From: Octopus bimaculoides
Taxonomy: Eukaryota
Direction of reading: 5' to 3'
DNA: 64,000 nucleotides
NCBI RefSeq assembly: GCF_001194135.2
Contig: NC_068981.1
Location: 198,822,314 to 198,886,313 of the forward strand
In this document: in pieces, positions 40,607 to 51,708 of the stretch
Layout: each line of letters opens with the position of its first letter
How positions within the stretch are numbered: the stretch's first letter is position 1
The notes under the pieces: model-generated
Told to the model about the DNA's origin: nothing
What the model saw: the letters and a program-made list of their open reading frames with translations, nothing else
The model's database searches: none
Translations under genes and position numbers: made by a program

Positions 40607-40609
40607 ATA

Positions 40610-41520
40610 TTTGAGAAGTTTGCACGAAACATTGTCTGATGCTTTATAATTGTTTTTGTAAAGTCAAAACAATGCACGCAACACAAAATAATACAAGTTG
40701 ATGGTTTGTACTTTTATTGCGTACTTTTCAACATTTAAGGGTTAGGACCCCATCTTCAAGAAGTCCTTGGAGAAATGGTGTTGTGATTTCTTTGTTCTGT
40801 GTGTTTATGAAGGGTTGCTTTGCTACAATAGTCAATCAACCGTGAGCAGTTTGGTTCTATTGTTAATATATTAGTTGGTCTTGCTAATTAAGAAGCTTCT
40901 TTTATTTTCAGGTTTCCAATATTTCATTCTGTAGCTTCAGTGGAAACCTGGATGTCTAGAATGTGGCAATTCTGTCGGTATTTTTTTTATGTAAGAAGCA
41001 TTATCATAAATAGCACTTTCAATGAGAATACATTACAATTTCTACAACATGTGATTTTATACATGATGTACAACTACAGACATATTTTCATCACTGATCA
41101 GACAGTTGGGCAATGTACATATGGGTGCTGTTTGGTGTCAGCCCATTTTTTGTTAGGATCCTCCTTGAGAAGGTGAGGGTGGGTGGGTGAAGTATGTCAG
41201 TCATATATTCAACCCTTCTCTACAGATTGCATGGCAGATTGTAGCTGTTCTTTTTCTTTTTACTAAAATGTAGCAGTTTCAAAAAAACCTGTAATCCTTG
41301 AATGTGTGGGTTTTGTTAGATGTTCTGGTGATGTCTTGGTGTTTAGTAAAAGAGTATGGAAAGCCATTCTTCATCAGGACTTTTTCGAATTGTATGGTGT
41401 TGGATGTATTTGCTTCCTGCCTAATTGCATCTGCTGCGTATACTGTGAATGGCATTTCTAATGCAGGCCATCTGAGATACGACCGATGTCAGCGGATTAC
41501 ATTCTTTTATTTGTTACAGT
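40610..41520 (-). mobile_element. Penelope-like element 3' part (GIY-YIG endonuclease region and terminal repeat), decayed
   Basis: Minus strand: EKVLMKNGFPYSF, VVHHVYKITC.NC, NLKIKEAS.IARP, followed by a PLE-type terminus TTGAAGATGGGGTCCTAACCCTTAAATGTTG; abuts (TA)n. Confidence 0.65.
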
Positions 41521-41579
41521 CATCTCTTCTTCTGAACTGCTAAGTTACGGGGACGTAAACACACCAACATCGTTTGTCA

Positions 41580-41800
41580 AGCAATGGTGGGGGAGACAAA
41601 CACTGAAACACAAAACATATACACTCTCACACACATATACGACGGGCTTCTTTCAGTTTCCATCTCCCAAATCCACTCACAAGGCTTTGGATGGCCTGAG
41701 GCTATAGTAAAAGACAGTTACCCAAGGTACCATACAGTGGGACTGAACCCAGAAGCATGTGGTTGGTAAGCAAGCTGCATACCACACAGTCACTCCTGTG
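41580..41800 (-). mobile_element. tRNA-derived SINE
   Basis: Reverse complement has an A/B-box-like head (GTGACTGTGTGGT..GGGTTCAGTCCC). Relatives at ~840-935, 3330-3460, 38480-38660, 47038-47360 and 58310-58565. Confidence 0.65.
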
Positions 41801-42895
41801 CCCTGTTCAGGCTTGGATATCGAAAACCTAAGTGGGGGTCTATATCACCTTAAAACACTTAACATTTTATAACACTCTAGAAATGTACATTTAATCTACA
41901 TCCAGGCACACCACCCCCACCTCCTCCCCCCACAAAGATCTTCAAAAGAAATTAGCCTTTGGTCAGATTCTGGGTCATTAGGTTATTATAAAACATCAAC
42001 AGTGAATTATCAGTCAATGTGTTAGTGAACAACACATACACACTATACAACACACACACACACACACATGCACACACACACACATGCACGTTATAATCTG
42101 AGACTGGTTATAAAATAATATAGGAATGTTTTATTCAAATAAGGTAATTATCAAAAACAACAAAAAAAGGACAAATGGAGTCAATAAAATAACAAAAGGT
42201 TATAAAAACAAAATTATCCTTCCTTTTTCTAATTTGAATGACTTTCAATCAGCCACTCATATTTCTGATAGATTATCAACCAAGAAATGATAAAGTGTAG
42301 AGTCAGTGAAGTATCTGATTAAAGTGTTGAGACGATCAACTTGTGAAGTGATCACATCCACTTATCTAACCCCCACTTAATATCTTCAGATAATAGATTA
42401 TTCTCCACAAACAAATAACGAATGTAACCTCAGTGGAAAATGATTGTAAGGACAATGCTGCAACGTAAAGAGATAAAAGAAATGGCTTCTCTACAGCAAT
42501 ACACAGTAACTACATTAGCTCTGGCCAATAAGGCATAAGAGATAGTTTGGTAAAGGGTCAGTCACCAATCCATTTCAACATCTGGTCACTTACAAATGTG
42601 GTCTCTTCTCTCTCCCTCTTTCTCATAACCATTGCAACAACTGTCTTTGCTTGGCTAAATTATCTGGGTATATACCCCATCCATCACATGACCAATGAGA
42701 ACAAGATGCAATGGAAACATGTTGATGTTATATTAAACCTCTTCAGTGCATACCAAGTAATACATATGCAATGCCCATTTGTAGAATCACCCTATGAAGT
42801 GTTTTGTATATATACCCCTTTAAAGACAGGTATACAATGAACTTTACATACATCTCTCAATATTAACTTCAAACTCCACTCCAGATAGGTCAATA

Positions 42896-42896
<1 letters not shown>

Positions 42897-42929
<33 letters not shown>
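42897..42929. repeat. poly(A) run (~33 nt)
   Basis: Directly visible; no upstream AATAAA or target-site duplication seen. Confidence 0.95.
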
Positions 42930-42930
<1 letters not shown>

Positions 42931-43362
42931 CAAACCAAAATGTGCAGACACCCCTACATACTTTGAGCTAGGGATGAAGATACATGGCCAGGAACCAAAA
43001 GCATACAAGTTTAACTGTATGTGGTGTCGTGTATGATGTCTCCCCCTTTTTTTTAAAGCAATGCAGATAATTTTAAATCACAGGTAATATAGATACACCA
43101 CTAACCCTTCTGTTAAATTGTTTTCATAAACAACTGGACATAAAATCAAACATTAACACACACACACATACACGTGTCTGAGTATCAGTTGTCTGTTGGA
43201 CAGCTCTCTCTCTCACCCTGGATGCTCTGCTGGGATAAGGGTGGGAAGATTGGGAAGATGTCTATGTCCACCTATGACTACAGAGGGAATTAAAACAACT
43301 AGCCAAATCACATTACCAGCTAAGAGCTGATACTTGTTTGAAAGTATTGGTCGACAAGCTTC

Positions 43363-43399
<37 letters not shown>

Positions 43400-43400
<1 letters not shown>

Positions 43401-45408
43401 GGTTCTAAGTAATTTGACTGCCAGTCAATTCCACTTCCGGTAATTTCACTCCTAACATTAGACAAAATAGATAAATAAAACATTGAAATTCATTATTATT
43501 GTTGTTGATGATAATGATGATTTACAGGGTGATTCTGTTACCTGAAAGCATCTTTTCAGTCACCACTTTTGGTTGTTTATTTACAGAATAATTGAGTTAC
43601 CTGAAAGCATCTTTTCAGTCGTCTATTCGGGAGTTTTATTGGAAGAATTGACAGCTTTACCTGCGATCCCTTCCTTCCTCATTCATTACTGTTGTGGAAG
43701 GATTCTGACCCTCTCCATATGATTGAAAGTGGATTGCTATAAATAAAGAACTGTCGAGTTATCAAGAGTTGATTGGTCAGCAGTTCATTGTGAGCCGTGT
43801 AACAGTAAGCCTTGTGCTTCCGTGCAAATACTTTGTTAAATTATTTATCCATCTTACAACGATATAAAAGTTTCTTAAGAAGGAAATATACATACACTGT
43901 GCCCCACGTTTTTAACTATCCATGGAAGGAAAAAACTTGTGGGTGACATGAATTACATACACGAAGCACAGAAACAAAATGCTGATGGCTCTAAGACTTA
44001 CCGAGGATACAAAATTAGGTCCTGTAAAGCTTGAGTCCACACCATGACACACAATGAAGATTATAATGAAGCACATTGGTGGACATCATCATAGTTTGTG
44101 TGCTTCAAAACTGAAAGTTTGCAAAACTTTAGTGGACTTAAAGACAAAAGCAGCTGCTTCCTAGGAATCTTCTCATTCATTAAATGTGACCGTTTGTGAA
44201 AAGCTTGATGAAAATGAAATGGCCCACATGCCCTCGTCTTTGTGTGCAAGTTGCAATATAAGGAACTGGTGTCAAGCAAAAGAAAGTGCCCCTCCAATCC
44301 CTCAGAGTCGATTTGGTTATGAGATACCCGATGAATATTAGTTCTTTGATAATGGCGAACTTTTCTGGCAGTTTGATAGTGGTGAAACTGGTGTAGACAG
44401 ATTGTGTTTGCAACTGACAAAGGAATTGATGACTCAGTGAATGTAAAACACTGGGCAAGGTGATGGAACTTCGAAGTGCTCCCCAACTGAACTTTATCAG
44501 TTGTACATGCTTCATATTCAAATGGGTTCATTCAGTGTTCCACTTTCTTTCAAACAAGAATCAAGAAAATTACACCTGCCTTTTTAATAAGCTAAATGAA
44601 TTACGTCAAGGACTGAACCCTGAAAACCTTATGATGGATTTTGAAAAAGCTCACATTAATAGCATTTTATCTGTGTTTCCTAGGGCTTCCATCTCATGTT
44701 GTCTTTTTCATCTGTCTGAAAATCTGTCCAGAAAAGTCTGTGAATTTGGCTTTAAGGAAAGATAGCATCAGGATAATGAGTTTAGCATTAAAATCAGATG
44801 TTTTTCAGTGCTGACTTTTCTTCCTCTTGAGGTTGTGATCAACAGAGTTGAAGATCTTGTAGATGATGATGATGATCGTCCACAAGAAATTGTGTCCTAC
44901 TTTGAATCATTGTGCATGGGATGAGTACGAGGGAGAGGAATTAGACAAAGAAAATCTTCTCTTTGGTTTCCCATTGATAGTTGGAATGCTTGCTTTAGAA
45001 CAGAACCAGGCATTCCTTGCACTAAAAACCATTTACAGAGATATCACAATGCACTACAAAGTTCTTTAACTTGCACACATCCGAATATATGGAAACTAAT
45101 TGCGGCACTGAAAAGGGAAGAACATTTGGCACAGCTGAGAAAGGAAGAATTTGATTGAGGTGAGATCTGCGACACCAAAAAAAAAAGTATAAAGCTATAA
45201 ACAAACAGCTGCAGATAATTATTGAGCGAACTCGTCCCGAATATAAAATGGAATTTTTACAAGCAATCGCCCATGACCTTCATCATTATTAAAGCTTTTA
45301 GGAATATTTTTATGCTTTACGATGATTTTTATTGTATCTTTATTCAATGTTTTATTTTTTTTTCTAATATTGGGAGTGGAATTATCAGGAGTCAAATTAC
45401 TGGTCACC
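43400..45408 (+). mobile_element. Mutator-like (MULE) DNA transposon, near full length, both TIRs present, transposase disrupted
   Basis: Left TIR GGTTCTAAGTAATTTGACTGCCAGTCAATTCCACTTCC versus reverse complement of right TIR GGTGACCAGTAATTTGACTCCTGATAATTCCACTCCC. The ORF remnant has SNKNQENYTCLF, MMDFEKAHINSILSVFP, SCCLFHL (CxxH), and HNALQSSLTCTHPNIWKLIAALKREE. Confidence 0.88.
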
Positions 45409-47037
45409 GTCTGTCTGTCTGTATGTATGTATACACATGTATATTAAACACACACACACACGTGTGCACACAAATGTACACACATTCACTCAAATCCTTG
45501 AGGAAACAATATATTTCAAGAGAGCAACACTATAGAAATACTATTTTACTTTTTGTCAGAACATTTAATGAACCATAAACAAATTCAACTTTCCCACAAA
45601 TAGATTTAGATTCCAATTTCTCACATAATAAAGTGCCATGATATTTTGGCAATCCATTCTAGGAAGTGAAATGGAATCTTGCTTGGTATGGAATAAATAC
45701 AACTAATTAGGTTTGGTTTGGCAGAAATTCTTCATTTGAAAGCAATATAGGAAACAGAAAAGAAAATTTGGTTGAAAACTCTATGAGGAAATACAGCAAA
45801 AATGTGACATTTTTGTCAAGTCAAAAGAAATGGCACCATGTATTTAATTTGTATTCTCATACCTGAAGAGTGTCAAGTCAAAATAAGAAACACAGGTATA
45901 GCTTAAAATTATATGAAATATTAATTCAAATAATAATAATAATAATAATAATAATATTAACAGTACAATATTAAATGAAAGTTTACATCTCTGTGTTGCC
46001 ATAACTGAGTAATTCTGTTTATTTTTAAGTGAGAATCTTATGGCCATTGATGAAAGCCAAAGTGAGCAATGTCTTGTTAAACATTGTCACAGCTTGCAGT
46101 CTTTCGCAATATGCAACACTGAGAAGCAATCAAATTTAGTTGACAGTAAAATTATTAATTTTATTACAACTAAAAATATTTATTCAGATCAAAGAAATCT
46201 AGAAATAAAAATTGGAGGAGTGATATTTCCATTTTCATTTCAAATTTCCAATTGGAGCAAATATATCTTCTCCAAATCAATATCCGTGAGTTGTAGTTTA
46301 GATGTAAGTTAGTATTTATTGAAAAGGCCCATGACCAAAGCTGTTTCACACTTGATCATCCCGTCTCTTCTTTTTCCAGTCACAGTGTATTGAGGACAAC
46401 AATACTTAAAGTGACCTTTAGTCTAAGATGATAGAGCTTCATTTAAAAGCAATTTAGCTACTGCTTCTAGCTGGTTGATTTCTATATTATATCTTTAACA
46501 AAATTGGTGAAATAACAGTGAGGAAATTAAGACTTTAGTCCATTGCAAGTTATTTGATTATTGTTGGGTATAAATAGCACCCACCTCTCTCTCCTTCCCT
46601 TTTTCTGCACCTCCCCGCTCACCTGCAGACCCCCACCAATGCCACTTTGATTCACAGACAATCAATGAAAACTCAATTGCAGACACCACTGTTAGCTACA
46701 TCTTATTCGAATGATATTATCTCCTCTGTTGTATGGATTACCTGACTCACACTGTGATATAATCCAGAAATAATGACATAAGACGTCCATCACACAAATA
46801 TCTGCTCTCATCTCATTAATCAGTTCCTACGGGATTAGAAGGAACTTTCTTCGCACAAGAAATAATAATCTGATTATCAACTGCGACACAGTCACCGTCT
46901 CTTCTGTGCACACAACAACCCTGGCTTCCCCCACTGATTCAGCCATTGTCTCCTATGATTGATTTCTGGAATTTTGTACCAGTAATTAAACATGATTACA
47001 GAAAAAGAAAAAAATCTTTAATCAGACTCCAATCTAT

Positions 47038-47360
47038 TGGAATGGCTGTATGGTTAAGAGGTTTGTTTTGCTACCACATGGTTCCAGGTTCAGTCCTAAT
47101 GTGTGGCATCTTGGGTAGGTGCCTTGGACCAATCAAACCTTTGCGAGTGGATTTCGTAGATGGAAACTGAAAGAAGCCTGTTGTATGTGCATGTGTCCCC
47201 CACACCACCACCACCACTTGACAACTAGTGATACAGCAAAAGAGACTGATAAAAAAAATACCAGACTTAAAAAAGGAGAAGTCCTGGGGTCAATTTGTTT
47301 GACCCTTCAAGGTGGTGCCCCAGCATGGCCACAATCCAATGACTGAAACAAGTGAAAGAT
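47038..47360 (+). mobile_element. tRNA-derived SINE
   Basis: Head TGGCTGTATGGTTAAG..GGTTCAGTCC; body and tail shared with other copies. Confidence 0.7.
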
Positions 47361-47426
47361 ATAAGATTATAATAGTTAAATTATAAATTTCATTTAATCT
47401 AACAATACATGAGTTAAAGTGAAGAT

Positions 47427-47626
47427 TTAACCCTTTCGCTATCAACCTGGCTGAAACCACCTCTGGCTCTGTAGTACAAATGTTTTGTTTCCAAAAGTTC
47501 TGAATTAAAATCTTTCACCAAACCTTAGTCACAACAAAGTTATTTTATTAAATTCTTTGTTTTATCTAAAATTAATTGAAAGAAACACAGAGCATCTCAA
47601 CAGAAATTTAGTAACAAAAGGGTTAG
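47427..47626. mobile_element. piggyBac-type MITE, family A (second copy)
   Basis: TTAA-CCCTTTC ... AAAGGG-TTAG; the interior aligns with 2603-2825 except for an internal deletion. Confidence 0.8.
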
Positions 47627-48021
47627 CAATGCTGTCTGCAATGTCTGGCTCTCAGTAATGGAATCTCTTATGAATTACCATAAACCTGAGTTAGAAAAGA
47701 AAACTATTCCAAACACAAAGACAATTCCATCTGAAAGCAGTTACCTAGGTTTTATTTTGTAATTAAATAAAATTAATTCAATGACAGCAGCTGTAATATA
47801 ACCACTACAGCAATATCCGATATTTTAGTGGAGCCATACCAAAATAGAAATAATTTTCACACAGAATCCAAAAGTGATCTGTGTCAAGAGGCTGGGTTTG
47901 GTCTTTAAATTTGGTTTTGCTCTCAATATTATTTCAACTTTGTTTTAAATATTTGATTATATTTTAAAGAAATATAATTTTACATTATTTACAATGGACA
48001 GATCGGTCACCTTGTTTGTTG

Positions 48022-48068
48022 CTACCAAGTTTCGGCTGATGTACTCTCCAGTCTTCATCAGGTGTTCT
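48022..48068 (-). ncRNA. degenerate hammerhead ribozyme motif (opposite-arm copy)
   Basis: Minus strand AGAACAC-CTGATGA-A-GACTG(GAGAGTACAT)CAGCC-GAAA-CTTGGTAG: core intact, one stem II mismatch, stem I pairing lost. Confidence 0.5.
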
Positions 48069-48265
48069 GGCGGAATTTTGAACCCAACCCCTTATTTGAC
48101 TAATGGGGTTCTCTGTTTTCATTCCTAAGGTATTCTTTTTTTTTTTTTTACTGATGTTATTTTTTCTGTAGATATTATTCTCCCACCCACCACAAAAAGA
48201 ATACCTTAGGAATGAGAACAAAATACCCCATTAGTCAAATAATGGATTAGGTTTGAAATTTCACC

Positions 48266-48312
48266 AGAACACCTGATGAAGGCTGGAGAGTACATCAGCC
48301 GAAATGTTGTGA
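48266..48312 (+). ncRNA. minimal type I hammerhead ribozyme motif (PLE-type)
   Basis: AGAACAC-CTGATGA-A-GGCTG(GAGAGTACAT)CAGCC-GAAA-TG-TT-GTG: core boxes at 48273-48279 and 48301-48304, 5 bp stem II, minimal stem III, GUU triplet, 3 bp stem I (CAC/GTG). Confidence 0.65.
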
Positions 48313-48904
48313 GAACAAACAAGATGAGGACACCTATCCGTCCATTGTAAATAATGTACATAATTCCTCATCACAAAAATATAGAACAGAATTTTGCACC
48401 ACTTAAAAATACAATTCACACTTTTCTACCATTGACCATTGTTACATATTTATCCTGAGTCCCCCAACTCAGCTGACTGTTTTCACAAATGATCATCTGT
48501 TTGCACAGTTTGTAATAGAAATAACACTTTTCATCTGGGTTGTCTTTGGTCTTTGGTCAGATTACCAAGTTCGTTTATAGGCAGCAACCATTCACAAATG
48601 GGAAACCCATATAGATACACATACCTGGATATATATATATGTCACGAGACATGGACGGACACACGGACACACACACATCATGATGATGAATTCCTAAAAG
48701 GGCAGAAAGCAATAAATAGGTTTTATACAAATCCTGGACTACTTCCTGTTTCTTATCTCTCTCTCTCTCTCTCTCCCTACACACACACACACACAATATA
48801 TATATATGAAACTTAGATAAAACTTAGATTTATATATTCATTACACACACCTATAAGTAGGAAAACAGACAAACCACAAATCCCTTGAAGGAAGTGGTCA
48901 CAAA

Positions 48905-49430
48905 GGTGGTGTTAGAAACTCCATACAGTGCAAGCTGTGAACACATAAGAGGTGCAGCAGTATCAGAGGAAGGTTAATGGAGAAAATATTCTTTGTGGGT
49001 GGCAAATGTGTGGGTGTAATAAGCACAGATAATACACAGACAATAGACTCCCTGAAATGCTTGAGGAGATCATTGGAAGTAGTAGATAGCCTCTGTTACC
49101 TAGGAGATCAAGTTAGCATTGAGGGAGGATGAAGGTTTGAATGTGTAGTTGCTAGAATAAGAAAGTTCAGAGAGTTTGTTTGTTGGTAACTAAGGGCCTC
49201 TCCCTCAGAGTGAAAGGCAAGTCGTATGATGTGTGTGTGTACATACAGCTATGCTGCATGGCAGTGAGACATGCAGCATAGGATTCAGAGGACATGCGTA
49301 GGCTTGTAAGAAATGAAGCCAGTATGCTCCACTGGATATGCAATGTCAGTGTGCATACATGACAGAGTGCAAGCACCCTGAGAGACAAACTGGGAATATG
49401 AGGCATCAGATGTAAGAGAAAAGACTGCAC
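48905..49430 (+). mobile_element. RTE LINE C-terminal remnant
   Basis: SLEVVDSLCYLGDQ, LSLRVKGKSYD..MLHGSET, RLVRNEASMLHW; homologous to 12050-12610. Confidence 0.8.
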
Positions 49431-50229
49431 TCTGCACCACAGTGAATGCATTCATGCTGGTGCCACATATAAAGCACCCAGCACACTCTGTAAAGTGTCT
49501 GGTGTTAGGAAGGGCAGCCAGCAATAGAAACAAGGCCAAAAAAGACAATCGGAGCCTGGACAGCTCTGTCAAACTGTCAACCCATGCCAGCATGGAAAAT
49601 GGATGTTAAATGATGAGGATGATGATCTGTTCAGGTACTGTTGTTGACTGGTTCACCTCATCAAACAAAATCTCTAAATGTTCCATATCTATATCTACAA
49701 TAATCTAAACCACGTTAAGAAATCTTCAGGAGATTTCTAAGCAGTGAATTCCTTTAGAGTCACCATTGATACATTTGTAATGAAAATTTGATAAGTCCAC
49801 CTTGGCTTCTGTTTCGTAGAAGTGTTATCATCAACAGGCAGCCACCACAGCTGATAAGTTAAGCGACTTTTCTTTATCAGTTAAAGTGTTTCCTTTCAGG
49901 TTGCAAAGAAGGAAATCAGAGTCAAGGAAAGTAACAGCTTCACTTATCTGAAAGAAAAACTTCTCTTACAACTCAACACTGTCATGGGAAGTGAGGCGTG
50001 TGCATGCGTGTGTGCATGCGTGTGTGTGTGAGTGAGTGTATACAAATATGTAATTGTTTTCTGAAATGGGATTGCATATCTAAAGTTTTGCTATGTTATA
50101 CACCCTTGTGTGTTTTCCTCTTTAATATATATGAATAAAATTCAATATATTAAATAGGGGTGTTTATTAATAGCTGTCAGGAATGTATTATCTGTGCAAA
50201 TAGATTTATGTGATGTAGTGAGTCCCTTA

Positions 50230-50520
50230 ATAATAGGGGTGACAAAGTGTTAATGTACCGAGGGAGAAATTATGTGAGATGTCGTGTGCAAGGGAGAAGA
50301 TTGTGCTGGTTTGGTCAGGTGATGCAGATGAGGATGAGGACAGTTGCATAAAGAAATGAGGGTTACTTAAAATGGAACTTGTGGAAGAGGAAAACCTACG
50401 AAGACATGGGATGAAGACTGAAGGCTGATCTCAAGAAGCTAAGACTCAAAGAGGAGATGACAAAGAGCTAAGACGAATGGTGATTTTCTGTGCTTGAGAA
50501 AACCTGTTCATAGAACCAAA
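50230..50520 (+). mobile_element. RTE LINE 3'-end remnant
   Basis: GHVMQM.ED SCIKK..GTCGRGKPTKTWDE; homologous to 12560-12790. Confidence 0.65.
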
Positions 50521-51363
50521 CACGAGGTCCTAAATCCTGAAAAATATTTTATCAACTCTTGTACAGCCCCTGCACCATACTGCCCCCATCAAGCATTCCC
50601 TACCATTCAACCATTCCTCCTTGTCTTTCGTTCCTCCCTTCCTACTTCCTAGTTCCGTCTCTCATTCTGGTCTCCTCCCATGTCTTATTCCCACCACTAC
50701 CACCACCATTCAGCTATCATTCCCAGGGCCTCACTTGTCTCCCCACCACCACCACCACTCCTGTGCCTTGATCCTCATCTTCTACTGCTTGAACTATCAT
50801 CCCTGAGCCACTCCTACCTCTCCCTCTCTTCCTATCCTCCCACCCTTGTCCATACTGATCTTCCCCATCAAGCCACATCTCCATTCACCCCACTCACCTC
50901 TACCCCNNNNNNNNNNNNNNNNNNNNNNNNNNNNNNNNNNNNNNNNNNNNNNNNNNNNNNNNNNNNNNNNNNNNNNNNNNNNNNNNNNNNNNNNNNNNNN
51001 NNNNNNNNNNNNNNNNNNNNNNNNNNNNNNNNNCCAGATACTCCATCCCATCCATACATAATGCAGGGTAGTCATGTATCTTCTCCAAAGCACCATATTT
51101 CTGCTGGGCCCTGGCATAAAAATCTCCACGTCACCTTCTCAAATATTCCCCCCCCTCCCCCCACCCACTCAGTTAAGAGGCCTTTCCCCTTTTGCTCCTT
51201 TTCTTGTTCTTTCCAGTTACATGGCAACTCCACTAGTGCTGGTGCCACTGTAAAGTGGTTTAGAAACCATGCCAAAGCTGACAGGGGGCACAATGCAGCT
51301 GTGTAGCTGGTCGGATCCTGTCAAACAACCCAACCCATGCCAGCATGGAAAATGGATGTACGG

Positions 51364-51399
<36 letters not shown>

Positions 51400-51493
51400 C
51401 ACTTAAGGCCTCCTGATACTAATGACCAGTTGTTAGAACTCAGTATATTTATGCTGAAGAGTAAACCAAGAGGTGAGGACAGTGTCACATCAA

Positions 51494-51708
51494 TTCACCC
51501 TTTAGCATTCAAACTGGCTATATCTGTCACTTTTATGTTTGAAACTGGCCAGATCCAACATTTCACACCTACCCTATAATGTCATACTAAAAATAAACAA
51601 TCACATCATCGAAATCTCAAAGCTATGAGATAATGGATGATTAATTCAAGACAGTGTGAATAAATAAGCATTAGATTTGACAGAGTAATCTGAATGCTAA
51701 AGGGTTAA
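51494..51708. mobile_element. piggyBac-type MITE, family B
   Basis: TIR ACCCTTTAGCATTCA / TGAATGCTAAAGGGT; flanks TTCA (left) and TTAA (right). Confidence 0.75.

Larger units (their letters stand above)
47981..48358. repeat. long inverted repeat (two ~160 bp arms, ~53 bp spacer) of a Penelope-type terminal unit
   Basis: Arm 47981-48140 is the reverse complement of 48194-48358 at roughly 85% identity by eye, including near-perfect blocks such as TTTCGGCTGATGTACTCTCCAG.CTTCATCAGGTGTTCTGG and TCATTCCTAAGGTATTCTTTTT. Confidence 0.95.

Noticed and set aside
42897-42929. Processed pseudogene poly(A) tail
   Set aside because: No polyadenylation signal, no TSD and no coding similarity upstream.
43537-43665. 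Repeat-spacer-repeat pattern as a mini-CRISPR
   Set aside because: Only two full repeats, inside a MULE, with no cas genes.
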